From Diplonema japonicum (taxonomy: Eukaryota > Protista > Euglenozoa: Diplonemea): a stretch of DNA of 64,000 nt. Shown piece by piece: positions 1 through 10,791 of this stretch. The notes below the pieces were generated by a model that saw only the letters and a list, made by a program, of their open reading frames with translations, had not been told where the DNA came from and made no database searches. The translations under genes were made by a program, and so were the position numbers. The DNA is taken from positions 124,001 through 188,000 of the forward strand of contig OZ025655.1 in the NCBI GenBank assembly GCA_964019335.1. The letters are read 5' to 3'. Each line of letters opens with the position of its first letter. Position 1 is the first letter of the stretch.

Positions 1-671
1 AGAGACTTACCTGGAGACTCCGATTGATAAGCAGGACTCAGGCTAGCCATACCCACTTCGTGCTCAAGTGGGTTAAGTTTCTGTGCTCGCAACGGAGGTA
101 GTCGCGCCACTGCAGGCAGAGGCGGCAGGCTTTCGACTGATAGTTCGAATGCTTCTTTCACAGGAGTAATATGCGCGTTGAGGGGCAGTGTCCACGCCAA
201 CTTACCAGACTCCTTGTGACGGTACAAGAACCTGCCGTAGTGGCTGTTCCAGCATGTCAACCATCTGTCAAGATCAGCTGTCCGAGGGTGCACAGAGGTG
301 GATGAAGAGGTGCTTGCGAGTGGGTTCAAGGTCCCTTCTGCAGGGGAACTCACGAATACTGGCTGTATAGATGGCGATTCAACTGGTCTACTTCCGACCG
401 TCACAACAGGAGCAGTTCTGGCTGGAGGAACATCCTTTAATGTGGGGGCGATGTTAGAAAGCTGATCTTCCATCTGAGCCTGAACTGGCGGGCAAGGTAT
501 TTGTTCAGGAATGGAAGGAGGGGTAGCTGGAGGGGTCGATGGTGGCGAGGGAAGGATGCCAATGTACTGCGCCTCTGTGGGTACTCTGTCTGTGGCACCC
601 GACGACGACAAACCCGCGTCCTGGCAATCTGCTGTTCTTATGTTCGTTCCAGTGGCAGGCATGGCATTCAT
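1..671 (-). CDS. WW-domain, Pro/Ser-rich protein (5' part; continues beyond window start)
   Basis: Not in the ORF track because it has no stop inside the window. Manual translation from ATG 671: MNAMPATGT...DRWLTCWNSHYGRFLYRHKESGKLAWTLP..., a WW signature. A consensus donor CAG|GTAAGT at about position 10 suggests an intron starts there. Confidence 0.65.
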   Translation of the reverse strand, partial: MNAMPATGTNIRTADCQDAGLSSSGATDRVPTEAQYIGILPSPPSTPPATPPSIPEQIPCPPVQAQMEDQLSNIAPTLKDVPPARTAPVVTVGSRPVESPSIQPVFVSSPAEGTLNPLASTSSSTSVHPRTADLDRWLTCWNSHYGRFLYRHKESGKLAWTLPLNAHITPVKEAFELSVESLPPLPAVARLPPLRAQKLNPLEHEVGMASLSPAYQSESPGKS

Positions 672-902
672 TACAGTACCTCCCAGTGAAACACTCAAGT
701 TTCTGTGTCCTAATTGCACTTTTCACCGCATCTATAAATCTGCTTTTCTGATCCCCTCCGCGTGGATGTGCATAACCTAACGGGTGTAAGCAATCTCTTT
801 TTTGAACTGAAAATTCAATATAAAAAAAAAAAAGACATTTAAGGGTACCCGTGGTATATGGCAGGACGCCTGGAAGAAATAAGAAAAAAATAAGATCTGC
901 CA

Positions 903-2015
903 CTACTTCGCCGCATTCTCAGATGCTTCAATGTACGTGTGGAAAGCTGGATGGCACTCCCTTCGCCCGCTGATGAACTCTCGTATTTTCTCCGTCTCTC
1001 CAACATAACTGTAAATCTCGGCCATACGCAATTGTGTGACAACTGTCATATTCGGATTCATGATGAACGATGCCTGCTTAAAGGTGAACTCCGCCAGCTT
1101 GATCTCTTCCGCAGTAGGCTTTTGCCCAGTAAGCTTCGCCTTATTCGAGATGCACCGCAGAATGCTACCGTATGTTACGATACTGGGCTCGTGCCCTGCA
1201 TCTTTCATTGCCTTGTACCTGACCAGCACACGTGCGATGTCCCCCATTATGGCTTCCAGCTTGATCCCCACGTTGTGTGTAACGAGGTTCTTCTCGAAAG
1301 GAATTGTTTTCTCAAAATTGATGGCATCATTGTAATGGGAGTCCATCCGGTCTGCGGGAGCATTGCTGAGCTCCTTCAAAAAGACGAGGAAGATGTGGTT
1401 GTAGAACCGTAGTGTGGGTACTATCTTGAACCTCCTATCCGTCTGCAGACGGTCGAAGACGGATAAGGCACGCGATGCCGTTGTGCAGGCATCTATCAGC
1501 GCGAAACACACGCCCTCTGTGACGGGAACGCCTTCCCTGATCATTACCCTGAACACATCGAACGCTTCGCGTTCGCAGGTCAATCGTGAGAATGCGGATA
1601 TTGCTGATTGGTACATAGCGCTGGTCTGTTGGTACCCATCAGCCACCAACCTTGCGGTCACTCCCAGGACGCCCTTGATGTTGCCGTTGTTCGCGTAGCA
1701 CTTTGACAGCTGCTCGTACGACTGTAGCGACGGCACGTGCTTCTTCTTGAGTTTTGATAGACACAACTCTGCCTCCATTGGCGTCCCGAGAATTGCGTTC
1801 AGCATCAGTGAAAACGAATACGTTCTCCTCCCTACATCTTCGCCATCAGTCTCCCATTTTCTCAGCTGGCGCATCACCTCCTGCGCTGTTCTCGTCCTCT
1901 CTTTGAACCCCATCGCCCGTAGCCCATTCTTCTGCCGCGCGTTTATTACGTTGCGGAACCTCTTTTCCATCATTTGCGCCAGTGCCCTGTCGCCCACTAC
2001 TCTTGCAGGGTTCAT
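903..2015 (-). CDS. Pentatricopeptide repeat (PPR) protein, probably organellar
   Basis: 370-aa ORF with ~35-aa helical repeats (TYSFSLMLNA, SYEQLSKCYA, MYQSAISAFS, FYNHIFLVFL, THNVGIKLEA, PSIVTYGSILRC). Confidence 0.8.
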   Translation of the reverse strand: MNPARVVGDRALAQMMEKRFRNVINARQKNGLRAMGFKERTRTAQEVMRQLRKWETDGEDVGRRTYSFSLMLNAILGTPMEAELCLSKLKKKHVPSLQSYEQLSKCYANNGNIKGVLGVTARLVADGYQQTSAMYQSAISAFSRLTCEREAFDVFRVMIREGVPVTEGVCFALIDACTTASRALSVFDRLQTDRRFKIVPTLRFYNHIFLVFLKELSNAPADRMDSHYNDAINFEKTIPFEKNLVTHNVGIKLEAIMGDIARVLVRYKAMKDAGHEPSIVTYGSILRCISNKAKLTGQKPTAEEIKLAEFTFKQASFIMNPNMTVVTQLRMAEIYSYVGETEKIREFISGRRECHPAFHTYIEASENAAK

Positions 2016-2262
2016 CTTTCTTTCCTCCGTAAAAAAAAGAGTCGCCTAATCTTTTGTGCAAACCGTTCTCGCCCACAGTAGGGATAGACGAGCATTGTTT
2101 GCCTGCCTCCCCACAAAAGTCTCTTTAGAAAAAAAAAGAAAAAAAACAGAAAGAATTAAAAGTGAAAAAAAAAGAAAACAGGCACCCCAAAAACAAAACA
2201 AAACAAAAAAAAATCAGGCAACCTGCATCTATTGTACAGCCCACCCCCCCAAAAAAAAGAGA

Positions 2263-3183
2263 TTACTCGAAGTGGGTGAAGCTGGGGCCGCCGCCCCCGT
2301 CTGTAGTCACGGGGGGGGCTGTATCTTTGCTTTCGAGCATCGCGAGCTTTGCCTTTTTGAAGACAGCGTCTGTGTTAGTGAGGGACCAGTGGGTGATGTC
2401 CTTTTTAAGTGTATTAAAGTCGTGCATCTCATCACGTTGCTCTTTGGCGCACCAGCGGTCATAGAGCTCGCTGAAGATGCCGATGTAGAAGCTGTTGAGG
2501 ACCTTCATGACGTTGCCCTCACGGTTGATGTGCTTGTTGAGCTTCTTTCTGTCGTAGGCGTCGATGACCCGTGTTGAGACACACATGGACCACAGCGCCC
2601 ATGAAAAGGGGCGCATGGTGGGGGGACGGGACTCCGTGAAGGTCTGCATGGCTAGCTTTGGAGCAGTGTTGATGAAAGCGAGCATCTGAAGTAAAACAAA
2701 CACAGCACCAAGCCTCCCAGCATCAGTAGTGAAGTTCGTCCCTTGGAACCCTATCTCCTGCCAATGCGGGCCGGCTGCTTCAACACGAGCGTCTGGTGCC
2801 TTGTCCATAAGCTTCTTGTACACTGTTGATGCCAGCCTGCAGTGTGTTTCATCCTCCCAACTAAAGGCAAGATGTGGCCTTCCTGTTGTGTTTGTTGTGA
2901 TGCAGTAGACGAAGTCCCTGTCCTCGCGTAACTTCTTTGACACTTGGGAGGAAAAGACTGCAAGACACCCGCCACCGTCGTGAGGGTGGCAGTTCTTGAG
3001 ATCCTCGAGGTACTTCCTCCAGCTCTGCCCCTCTCTTATATTTCTATAAGCATCGACAAACCGTATCCAGGTGTATCGCGGGTTCTTATCTGGTATTTTG
3101 CCTGGTTCGGCCCTCGAAGCGTCCCTTGCCGCTGTCGCCTCTTCGAATTCTCTTTCTAAGTCCCCTACCTCTGTGGTGGCCAT
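2263..3183 (-). CDS. ELMO/CED-12 domain protein (ELMOD-like)
   Basis: 306 aa; WQEIGFQGTNFTTDAGRLG resembles the ELMOD WxxxGFQxxxPxTDFRGxG motif; C-terminal F..LYDRW...MHDFN segment also fits. Confidence 0.75.
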   Translation of the reverse strand: MATTEVGDLEREFEEATAARDASRAEPGKIPDKNPRYTWIRFVDAYRNIREGQSWRKYLEDLKNCHPHDGGGCLAVFSSQVSKKLREDRDFVYCITTNTTGRPHLAFSWEDETHCRLASTVYKKLMDKAPDARVEAAGPHWQEIGFQGTNFTTDAGRLGAVFVLLQMLAFINTAPKLAMQTFTESRPPTMRPFSWALWSMCVSTRVIDAYDRKKLNKHINREGNVMKVLNSFYIGIFSELYDRWCAKEQRDEMHDFNTLKKDITHWSLTNTDAVFKKAKLAMLESKDTAPPVTTDGGGGPSFTHFE

Positions 3184-3279
3184 GGTGTGTGTGTGTTGTT
3201 TGTATGTTCCCCTCCTCCCTACACTTAGTTTTTTTCTTTTGTTGTAAACAACAAAAAGAGATATATAAAATATAGACGG

Positions 3280-3310
<31 letters not shown>

Positions 3311-4113
3311 GTCAGAATTTATCTTTTTTTCTTTTTTCTTTTTTGCCTTTTTTTTTTTCTCGTTTCTTTTTTTGAAGTTCATGTTAAAGAATATAAAAAA
3401 GAAAATAAAAAAAGACACCATAAAAAAAAATAAAAAACTTTCCCCCCCCCCCCATATTCTTCTTTTTTTTCTTTCCATACAGTAGATGCGGGAGGGGGGG
3501 AGAAAAGTGGGGGCTTTTCTTTCTTTTTTTTTTTTTTCTTTCCAAAAAAAAAAAAAAAAAAAAAAACCTCCCCTTAGTTTTCCCCACCCCTACTCCTTAA
3601 CTGTATGAAACATATTTTGAACAAAGCTCGCGCAAGGAAAGGGTAGGAAAAGGGGGTATAATAAATTGTAAAATGCTATCCCAAGGAGCTAACGGATGTG
3701 CTGAAGAGCTGACGGTGTTCTGAATATCAAAAAAAAAATGCGGAGAAACGGGGACGCCCCATTGATGTATCATTACTATGTACACCCAAAAAGAGAAAAC
3801 TGAAACTTTTCGTTTTCTTTTCTTTCTCCTTTTCCAAAAGTAAAAGATATGAAGGCTTTAAAAAAAAAAGAATTTAAAATAATAAGAACCCCTCTCCCCG
3901 CGCTCACTCCCTTCTTATGATGCTTTCTTTCTTTTCTTTATAAAACTCTTATTCTCTCTTTTTTTAATTTGCGTTATTTACATCTGAAAAGAAGTGAATG
4001 AAATAAGAAGCGGCAAAAAAAAAAAAAAAAAAAAAGCGTGAGAAAGGAGAGGGGTAATGAGGGATAATATAAAAAAAAAAAATTAAAAAAGATAAAAATA
4101 AAAAGGGTATATA

Positions 4114-6554
4114 TCAGACAGGTCTTTTAGCGAGCTTTCTAAGCTGCTTTGGTTTGTACTTCTCTTTCCCGGACCTCGCCAGTGTGCTCTCTCTTGAGCT
4201 CTCCCTCAAAAAGTCATCTTTGATCGATTTGACGGAGTCTTTAAGAGATGTCCTCGCGGAAGAGATACAAGGGGACTTAGGTGAAATGGGAGACTTAGGG
4301 GTGGCAGGTGACCTGGGAGATGTGGTGGGGGGTGTGGGTGTGTCACAAAGGAAGGAGAAGGTGATGAAGGCGCATTGTTCGCACATTGCGGAGATCTCGC
4401 TGTGGCGTGAGACGGTCCTGTGTGTTGTGGTCTTTATGCTGATTAGAATAGTATAACAATACCTCCCATTTACTGAGTGGACAGCCCTTCCTTTGAACCT
4501 CCCCATTCTGCAGGCAGAGGCAGTCATGCCAGGTGATACCCCTGCCAGGTGTGTCTTGGTCCACGTTGCCCCCGTTGACTCATCAACATCCTTCTCCATC
4601 AGCACCGCAGTGTCCAACTCTGCTTGCGCCACACATGCTGCTATCTCGTCGAGACGCATTTTAATCAACCTCGTTGGCTGGTTGTCCAGCGACCCCAGCC
4701 CACTCCTTGCCCTGTCAGCCAGCAGCGCCGCCTCCAAGCACATCTTCTGCGAATGCAGTACAATAGCTAGGTTAGCCAGCGCTGCTGTTGTAAACGTGTG
4801 CTGTCTCCCATACTGCTCCGCAAGGCCCTGTGTATCGAAGTAGAAAGAGAAGAACGGGAAGGAAAAAAAAATACCTGCAAAGCTCTTCTTGCATACGGTT
4901 CAGCCTTTGCATTGTCGCCCTGCCGCTGGTACAGCACTGCAAGGTTCTGCATCTGGATCAAGATGAGGTATTCATCATTGGTTTCGCTTTCCTTTAAGAG
5001 GCCGTTGATACCTTTCCTTTTCCAACATACCGATTCGCCCTCCGCGTCGACGGCGGGCTTCAGCACATCGACGGCGTCGTCTGGAAGCCCCGAGTCGTGT
5101 AGGGCTGCTGCCAGCGTGCACTTCGCACCTACGTAGTTGTCGGGGTCGCCTTTATTACGAAGCCCCTCGACTGCTCTCCTCCCATGTGGCAGTGCTTCCG
5201 CAGGCCTGTGTTCCAAGCACAGGAGTATGGAAAGCCTCCACACCGCCAGCAGTGTCGTCGGGTCATTCCTCCCGAACTCAGCTTCCGAGTTCGCTACCTG
5301 CTGCTCCAACGCCTTTACGACCCCCTGCTCTACGCCAGGCACCTCTTTCCCATTGGGCCCTCTCGGTGGGGACGCTGCGTACGAGATAATGGTAATGGGC
5401 GGGGGGGGCGGGTCGGAGGGGTGCAGCCATCTGAAGTCATGGAATGTGCCCCTTGTGAGGCACGACCTCCGCGGTGCCACATCGTTCGCCTGCAACGTGT
5501 TAAGTACAAAGGGGCATACCTGGCCGGTGTACGGCTTCAGCTTCGAGCTGTGCAGCACAACCTCATCGAAAGGTGCTGGAAAGCAGACAGGGATATAGTT
5601 GTTCTCTGCAGGGCCCAGCACTTTGCCCTTAACGCCATTCAGCTCAGGGTAGCTCTTTGCGAGCCTTGTAGCGGTGACGACAGTGCCAACGGGGTACACT
5701 AGCCTAGCGGGGGACGGGCTGCGCAGGGGGAGGGCGCCCTGGCGGCCGAGGGTTCCGTTGAGGCTGTCTCTGCTTCGTGCTGTGGGGTGTTTGGGTGATG
5801 TGGTGCATACACGAACGAGATGAGCGGCCACACGAGGAGGACCTGCCTCTGCTAGAAGCACTTGAGGCGCAATCCCGTGGCCGTGGTCGTGGCCGTGGGT
5901 GGTTGGAGGATGACTGGTTCTTAGAGCCACGGCTGCCGCTTCTTGTTCGGGCTGCGCGTGCTGCAGCCTTGGCCCGGGCGACTGCAGGCTGTTGCCAAGG
6001 TGAAGACCGCAGCGAAGGTTCCAATGGCGATGTCGGCTTCTTCGGCGGGGTGTACGGCTTCCCACTGGGTGTTGTCTTCTTCGGCTGTCGGTACTTCACA
6101 TCCTGACGTGGTTCCGAGGGGCGCTGGTGCGGGCGGGACCTCGACCTTTTTTTCTCGTCGGCCTCAGACTGCCGAGTGGCCAGAGTCCCTCCGTAAGAAG
6201 CTCCGCGGGGCCACTTGTTCAGCACTTCCTTTTGCCTGGCAGCAGACCTGAAGTAAGGTTACTAAAGACACACACATACCAAGGAAACACTGCGCTTGCC
6301 AGGTCTTCTCTGTCCCTTGCAGGCACGTCCCTGATGACACTGAAGGGCACCCCTTGGCTTTTCAGCGTGGAGGTGAACTCGCCCCATGCAGACCTCCCTG
6401 GGACGCCCTTCTCATTCGCATCCTTCTTCTCCTTCTCCTTTGACTTCACATACTCTGAAGGCAGCAGACTTGTGGACAAGTCGTCTACACCGTAAGGTTT
6501 ACATTCTGGCCATATGATGCTGCTGCTGCTGCTTGTCATCACCTGCCGATGCAT
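4114..6554 (-). CDS. Kinesin-light-chain-type TPR protein with Ser/Arg/Pro-rich N-terminus; 4 exons
   Basis: GT-AG introns at 6248-6279 (32 nt), 5780-5810 (31 nt) and 4828-4874 (47 nt) join four track ORFs in frame. TPR_10/12-like repeats: MQNLAVLYQRQGDNAKAEPYARRALQ|GLAEQYGRQHTFTTAALANLA. Start may instead be 6539. Confidence 0.7.
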
Positions 6555-6636
6555 GGAAGCAAGGCCATTGTGAACAATAAAATAGAATAGGGAAGGGGGA
6601 GGGTAAAACAAAAAAAAACTGTTTTTAGCAACACTT

Positions 6637-7446
6637 CTACCTGTTGAACCTGTCTGGGTTGGACTCCATGGCCCTGTCGATGAGGTTGTATTTGCTGAGC
6701 TGCAGAACGATAACGATGAAGAGGAACTGCCCGAGGCGGGCGCCCCAGTTGGTTCTGCTGCGGAGCATGCTCTGTGATTTTTCATTTCATTTTCAAAGAA
6801 AAAAAATAAAACCTCGGACGCCTTGCATGACGGGAAAGGGATGTTGAGCGAGTTGAGCTTCTCCTTAAACTGGGCTCTGGTGCAGGGGCTGGTGGATGTG
6901 AGAAGCCCTTCTTTGACAGGTGCGGGGATGGAACCAAACCAGACGATGGCTGAGAATGCCTTGAGGTCATCTGGTTCCATGCCACCATGGAGCGGGGCAT
7001 AGGTAGCCCATAGCGCGTCAAACAGAACAGACTCATCAACCTCAACACCTCGGTAGTTGTCCCGTATCACTTCTGCGAATCTACTGACCTGACTGTAGCT
7101 CAGTCTCCTGTCTGGGTTCCCTTGTGCGCGCTTCACTAGCATCTCAGTTGCGCTTAAGCCTGCCTGTGTTGGAAGTTAGATTATTTCGTTCCCTTCCCCT
7201 TTCTGAACGTACCTCTGTATTCAAGCAGCTGACGACCAGCTCCGCCACACCGTGGATCTCGTCTATCTCGAGGACCAGCCCCTCCTCACTCTCACCTGCG
7301 GATTTCTTTTGCATGATGACCATTCGCAACTCTTCCTCACTCAGAGGTCTCTTCACTTGTTCCGTCTTACTACTGCAAAACACCTTTTGTGCTGCTGTAC
7401 TACCCCTCTTCACTACCCTCGCCAACGGCCTGACACGCATCAACAT
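6637..7446 (-). CDS. Hypothetical 239-aa protein, possible mitochondrial presequence and C-terminal TM helix; 3 exons
   Basis: Introns at 7164-7212 (49 nt) and 6772-6812 (41 nt) give a continuous frame MLMRVRPLARVVKRGS...GQFLFIVIVLQLSKY...DRFNR*. Confidence 0.6.
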
Positions 7447-9485
7447 TGTTAGGCTCTTCTTTTCCCTCCCTTTTGTTTTCCCCTGCTGCGCTAGAGGGGG
7501 GAGGAACTCCGAGAACAAAAAAAAAGAAGAACAAAAGAGAAAAGATCTCCTTTTTTTTATTTCTTTCACTTGTTTCTTATTTTTCTTTACCTTCTCTTCA
7601 GGCTTTCTACCCTTTTCTCTAATCTGAGTTACAAGGCTCATCTGCAGTTTCTAGTGACTGACGTGTACCTGAAGCGTGTTAACCTCGAGAGGCAAATAGA
7701 TCCTCACTCTAACAAAACGTAAAAAAGAAAACTACAATTTCTTTTACAGGTAGGCGAGGAGAGGAAATAAATATCACGCACGCGGGGGGGGGGGGGGGGG
7801 GGGGAGGACGTGTGATTGCCACGCTATAAGAGACATCCATGGCGTGGTACTCCCCCTCCCCCCCACTTCACCTTTCTTTAAATAATCTAACAACGGCTTA
7901 CTTTAACAAGAAAATAAAAAACACCCCTTACGGGGACGGCTCAAGAATCTACAGTCGTTCCTCTTGACATTTGTATTATTCGGTAAATTTCTCCTTGCAG
8001 ATGGATCGTAACGCCCATCAGTCTGTGGGCCACAATCACACTACACCTCCTAGTGTCTGATCAACGCTACATCATGCACATGGTTCCTGAGGCAGTGCTC
8101 AGGGGAGAAAGAAAAAAAAGAGCAGAAAACATAAAAGGGGAGGGAAGAAAAAAAGGAAGTGTTCTTTCTTTTCTTCTCCTTCTGGGGGGGGGGGGGGGCG
8201 AAGATGAATTGTTATGCGTGGCGGATAGGAACAAAAAAAAGAAAACTGAAGAAAAAAAAAAAGAAAACTCGATCTTTTAACATCAAGGTGACACAGGTGA
8301 ACGACCAAAGTGGGGCCTCGTTCCCGTTTCCTCGCGGTAGGGGGCATTTTTGCTCCAAAATAACAGCTACTCTGCCTCTTGGTAGTGCAAAAACTGTGTG
8401 CCGACTAACCAACGTTTCCTTATTTTTGTCTCCCACCCGTCACCCTGACACAGAGTTCAATGCGTTGACTTGCTTAAGGGGATGTGTTGTTACGCTCCTT
8501 GACCCGGCCAAAGGTCTTGCTGCCCCCTTTGAAAAAAAAAGAAGGGAAGAGAACAGAGGAGGAAGGGGAGGAGAGAACTCAAGAAAAAAGAGAGAAGAAA
8601 AAAAAAAAAGGATAACTAGAAATCATTCTAAAGATACCTTTTTTTTCTTCCTTCCCTTTTTCTTTTTAGATTTCTTTCTATTCTTCTTCCGCTTGTATGC
8701 AAAGGGAAAAAAGGCTTTTGAATATTCCAAGTGATGCACAGCGGGGCTTCACTTTTGTTTTAATAAAAAGAAGATGAAGAGAATAAGAAACAAACTCATG
8801 ACATTCGTGGCTATTGTCACCTTATGCTAAGATTTGCGTAGTCGCGTCTATCCCGTTTCCCCCGACGTGACTTCCGGGAACTACTTTTAAGAAAGAAAGA
8901 AGAAAGGATGAAGAAAGCGAACCCCTCCTCCCTCTTCTTTCGTTTTATTCCCACCTGATGACCCCCCAAAAAAAACACAAAAAAAACCTTAAATAATCAA
9001 CCTATTTGAAGTAGATGTTGTACTACATCCAGACCTCACAGGGAAGAGGGGGGGGGGGGGGGGGGGGAGGAAACGTAGAGAGAAAATCAATGTCAAGCGT
9101 TAATAATAATAATAAAAAAAGAGATTGCTCTCCCACAAATGAGATAGGAAACTCATAACGCTGAAAGACAATGAAGCTAAAGGGAAGAATTAAAAGGAAG
9201 AAAAGAAATTAAAAAAAAAAAGATTTCTGACGGTTGTTTGCGCACTACTCAGCTCTTTTCTTGCTCAAAGGCTATGCACGGGCGCACAAATATGTCTTTT
9301 TCTAATAGGAAACAATTGACAATTTAACTGATCACAAAAAAAAGGAAAAAAAAAGGCGAGGTACCGTACCTTTATAGGAACATGTCCTGCCTGCTATAGT
9401 AAAGAGAAGAAGCTAAAACCTGGCTTAACACACACTGTGGTGCCTTCATAGCAACAGAGAGAGCTCAGACCTTACTACCAAAGAA

Positions 9486-10735
9486 TCACGCACACCTATC
9501 GTCATACTCTCTGCAAGCCTGTTGGGGTAAAGGGGTGGCCACAGCAGCATACCTCTCTAATCTTGGAAACCAGCTCAGAAGCTCTGCTCACGAATGGGGT
9601 GCAGCTGTCCTTTCGTGGACCTAACACGCCCTTCTTCGTCTTGCCTGATGTAACAAGCCTCTCTTGTAGTTCTTGCAGTTGGTTATTCCTGTCTTCTGCC
9701 GACTCCTCCATCGCTTCCACCCTCGTCTTCAACAACGCACACCTCTCTGTCATCGCCGTTTCCTGCCGCACAGCTCGCTTCTGCAGCTTCAGGAATACTG
9801 CACTCCCATCCTTCAGGCACCTGGCTGCCAGGTCCACTAGCCCCGCCTCCGATTCATGCATAAGCGCCATTCGCTTTTCCTTCTCCTCCCGTAGTGTCAC
9901 CTCTACCTCCGTTTCGCCCCTCTGCAGCAGTGCATTCTTCAACAGCCACTGCTCATTTTCCATGCGTGTGACCATTTCCTCCTCCTCCCGCCGCCTCTGC
10001 ATCGACCCAGTCTTGCGCAACGTGTCCCTCAGAGTCGCTATCTCCTCCGCTGCCTGCCGTTTGTCAGTATTGTCATTTCGAGCATACCTTGTCCGTCACC
10101 ACCCGAAGGGCGTTGATCTCTCGTTGTGCCTCCTGCCTCGACATGTTTAGCTTTGAGTTCTCGCTCTGCATGGCCTCAATCGCCTCCAGCAGCTTCACCT
10201 CGTTGTCTTGCACAGTCAGCAGCTCCTCGCGGGCGGCCTCCAGTTCTCCCACGAGGCTCTGACCCATATCACATGCATTCATGAGCTCCTCCTCTCTGGC
10301 GGTCAGCTCGCTCGTGAGCCGCTCCACCTCGCTCAGGGTGGCAACAGGCTCGACAACAGAGACGCGTCTCCTGACGATAGCCTTGCTGGCGCTCCTTTTG
10401 AGCTCGGACATGTATCCCCTTAAGTTTCCGTTCTGAGAGGACAACACTGAAGGATGATCCAAGACACTAGGTGTACGCGTGATGCATGGAGTGAGGAGCA
10501 GGTTCTTTGGAGTGCTTGGGCCGTCGAGGTCAGCGCTCAAGGGGGAGGGTGGTGCAACAGGGATCGAGACCCTCCTCCCGTTGGGCGGAGACACACGCAG
10601 CGCTATCGTGGAGTAGGTTCTGTCGCCCAGCCCATCAATGAAACCACCTTCCGTGGATGCCACAGACCGCGATGAGGTCATGCGGTAAAGGCTCAGGCTG
10701 CGGCTGCTGTCGCTGTCTTTCCTGAATGACTCCAT
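9486..10735 (-). CDS. Coiled-coil protein; 3 exons
   Basis: Introns at 10054-10087 and 9519-9552 (34 nt each, GTATG...CAG) join ORFs 10073-10735 and 9502-10020. E/K/R/L-rich heptads. The 3' end is uncertain. Confidence 0.65.
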
Positions 10736-10791
10736 GCTGCCTGTGTAGTGCTTGGAACAAGGGAATAGGGAAGAAATATTTTAGTACATAA

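Noticed and set aside
5-14. ACTTACCTGG, resembling the U1 snRNA 5' end
   Set aside because: It is the reverse complement of a consensus 5' splice site (CAG|GTAAGT) in the minus-strand WW gene; no U1 structure follows.
8340-8430. Two ATTTTTG Sm-site-like motifs suggesting an snRNA
   Set aside because: No U1, U2, U4, U5 or SL hallmark sequences nearby; such motifs are expected by chance in T-rich DNA.
7784-9067. Poly-G runs as functional G-quadruplexes
   Set aside because: Homopolymer runs of all four bases are common in these intergenic regions, and nothing specific supports a function.
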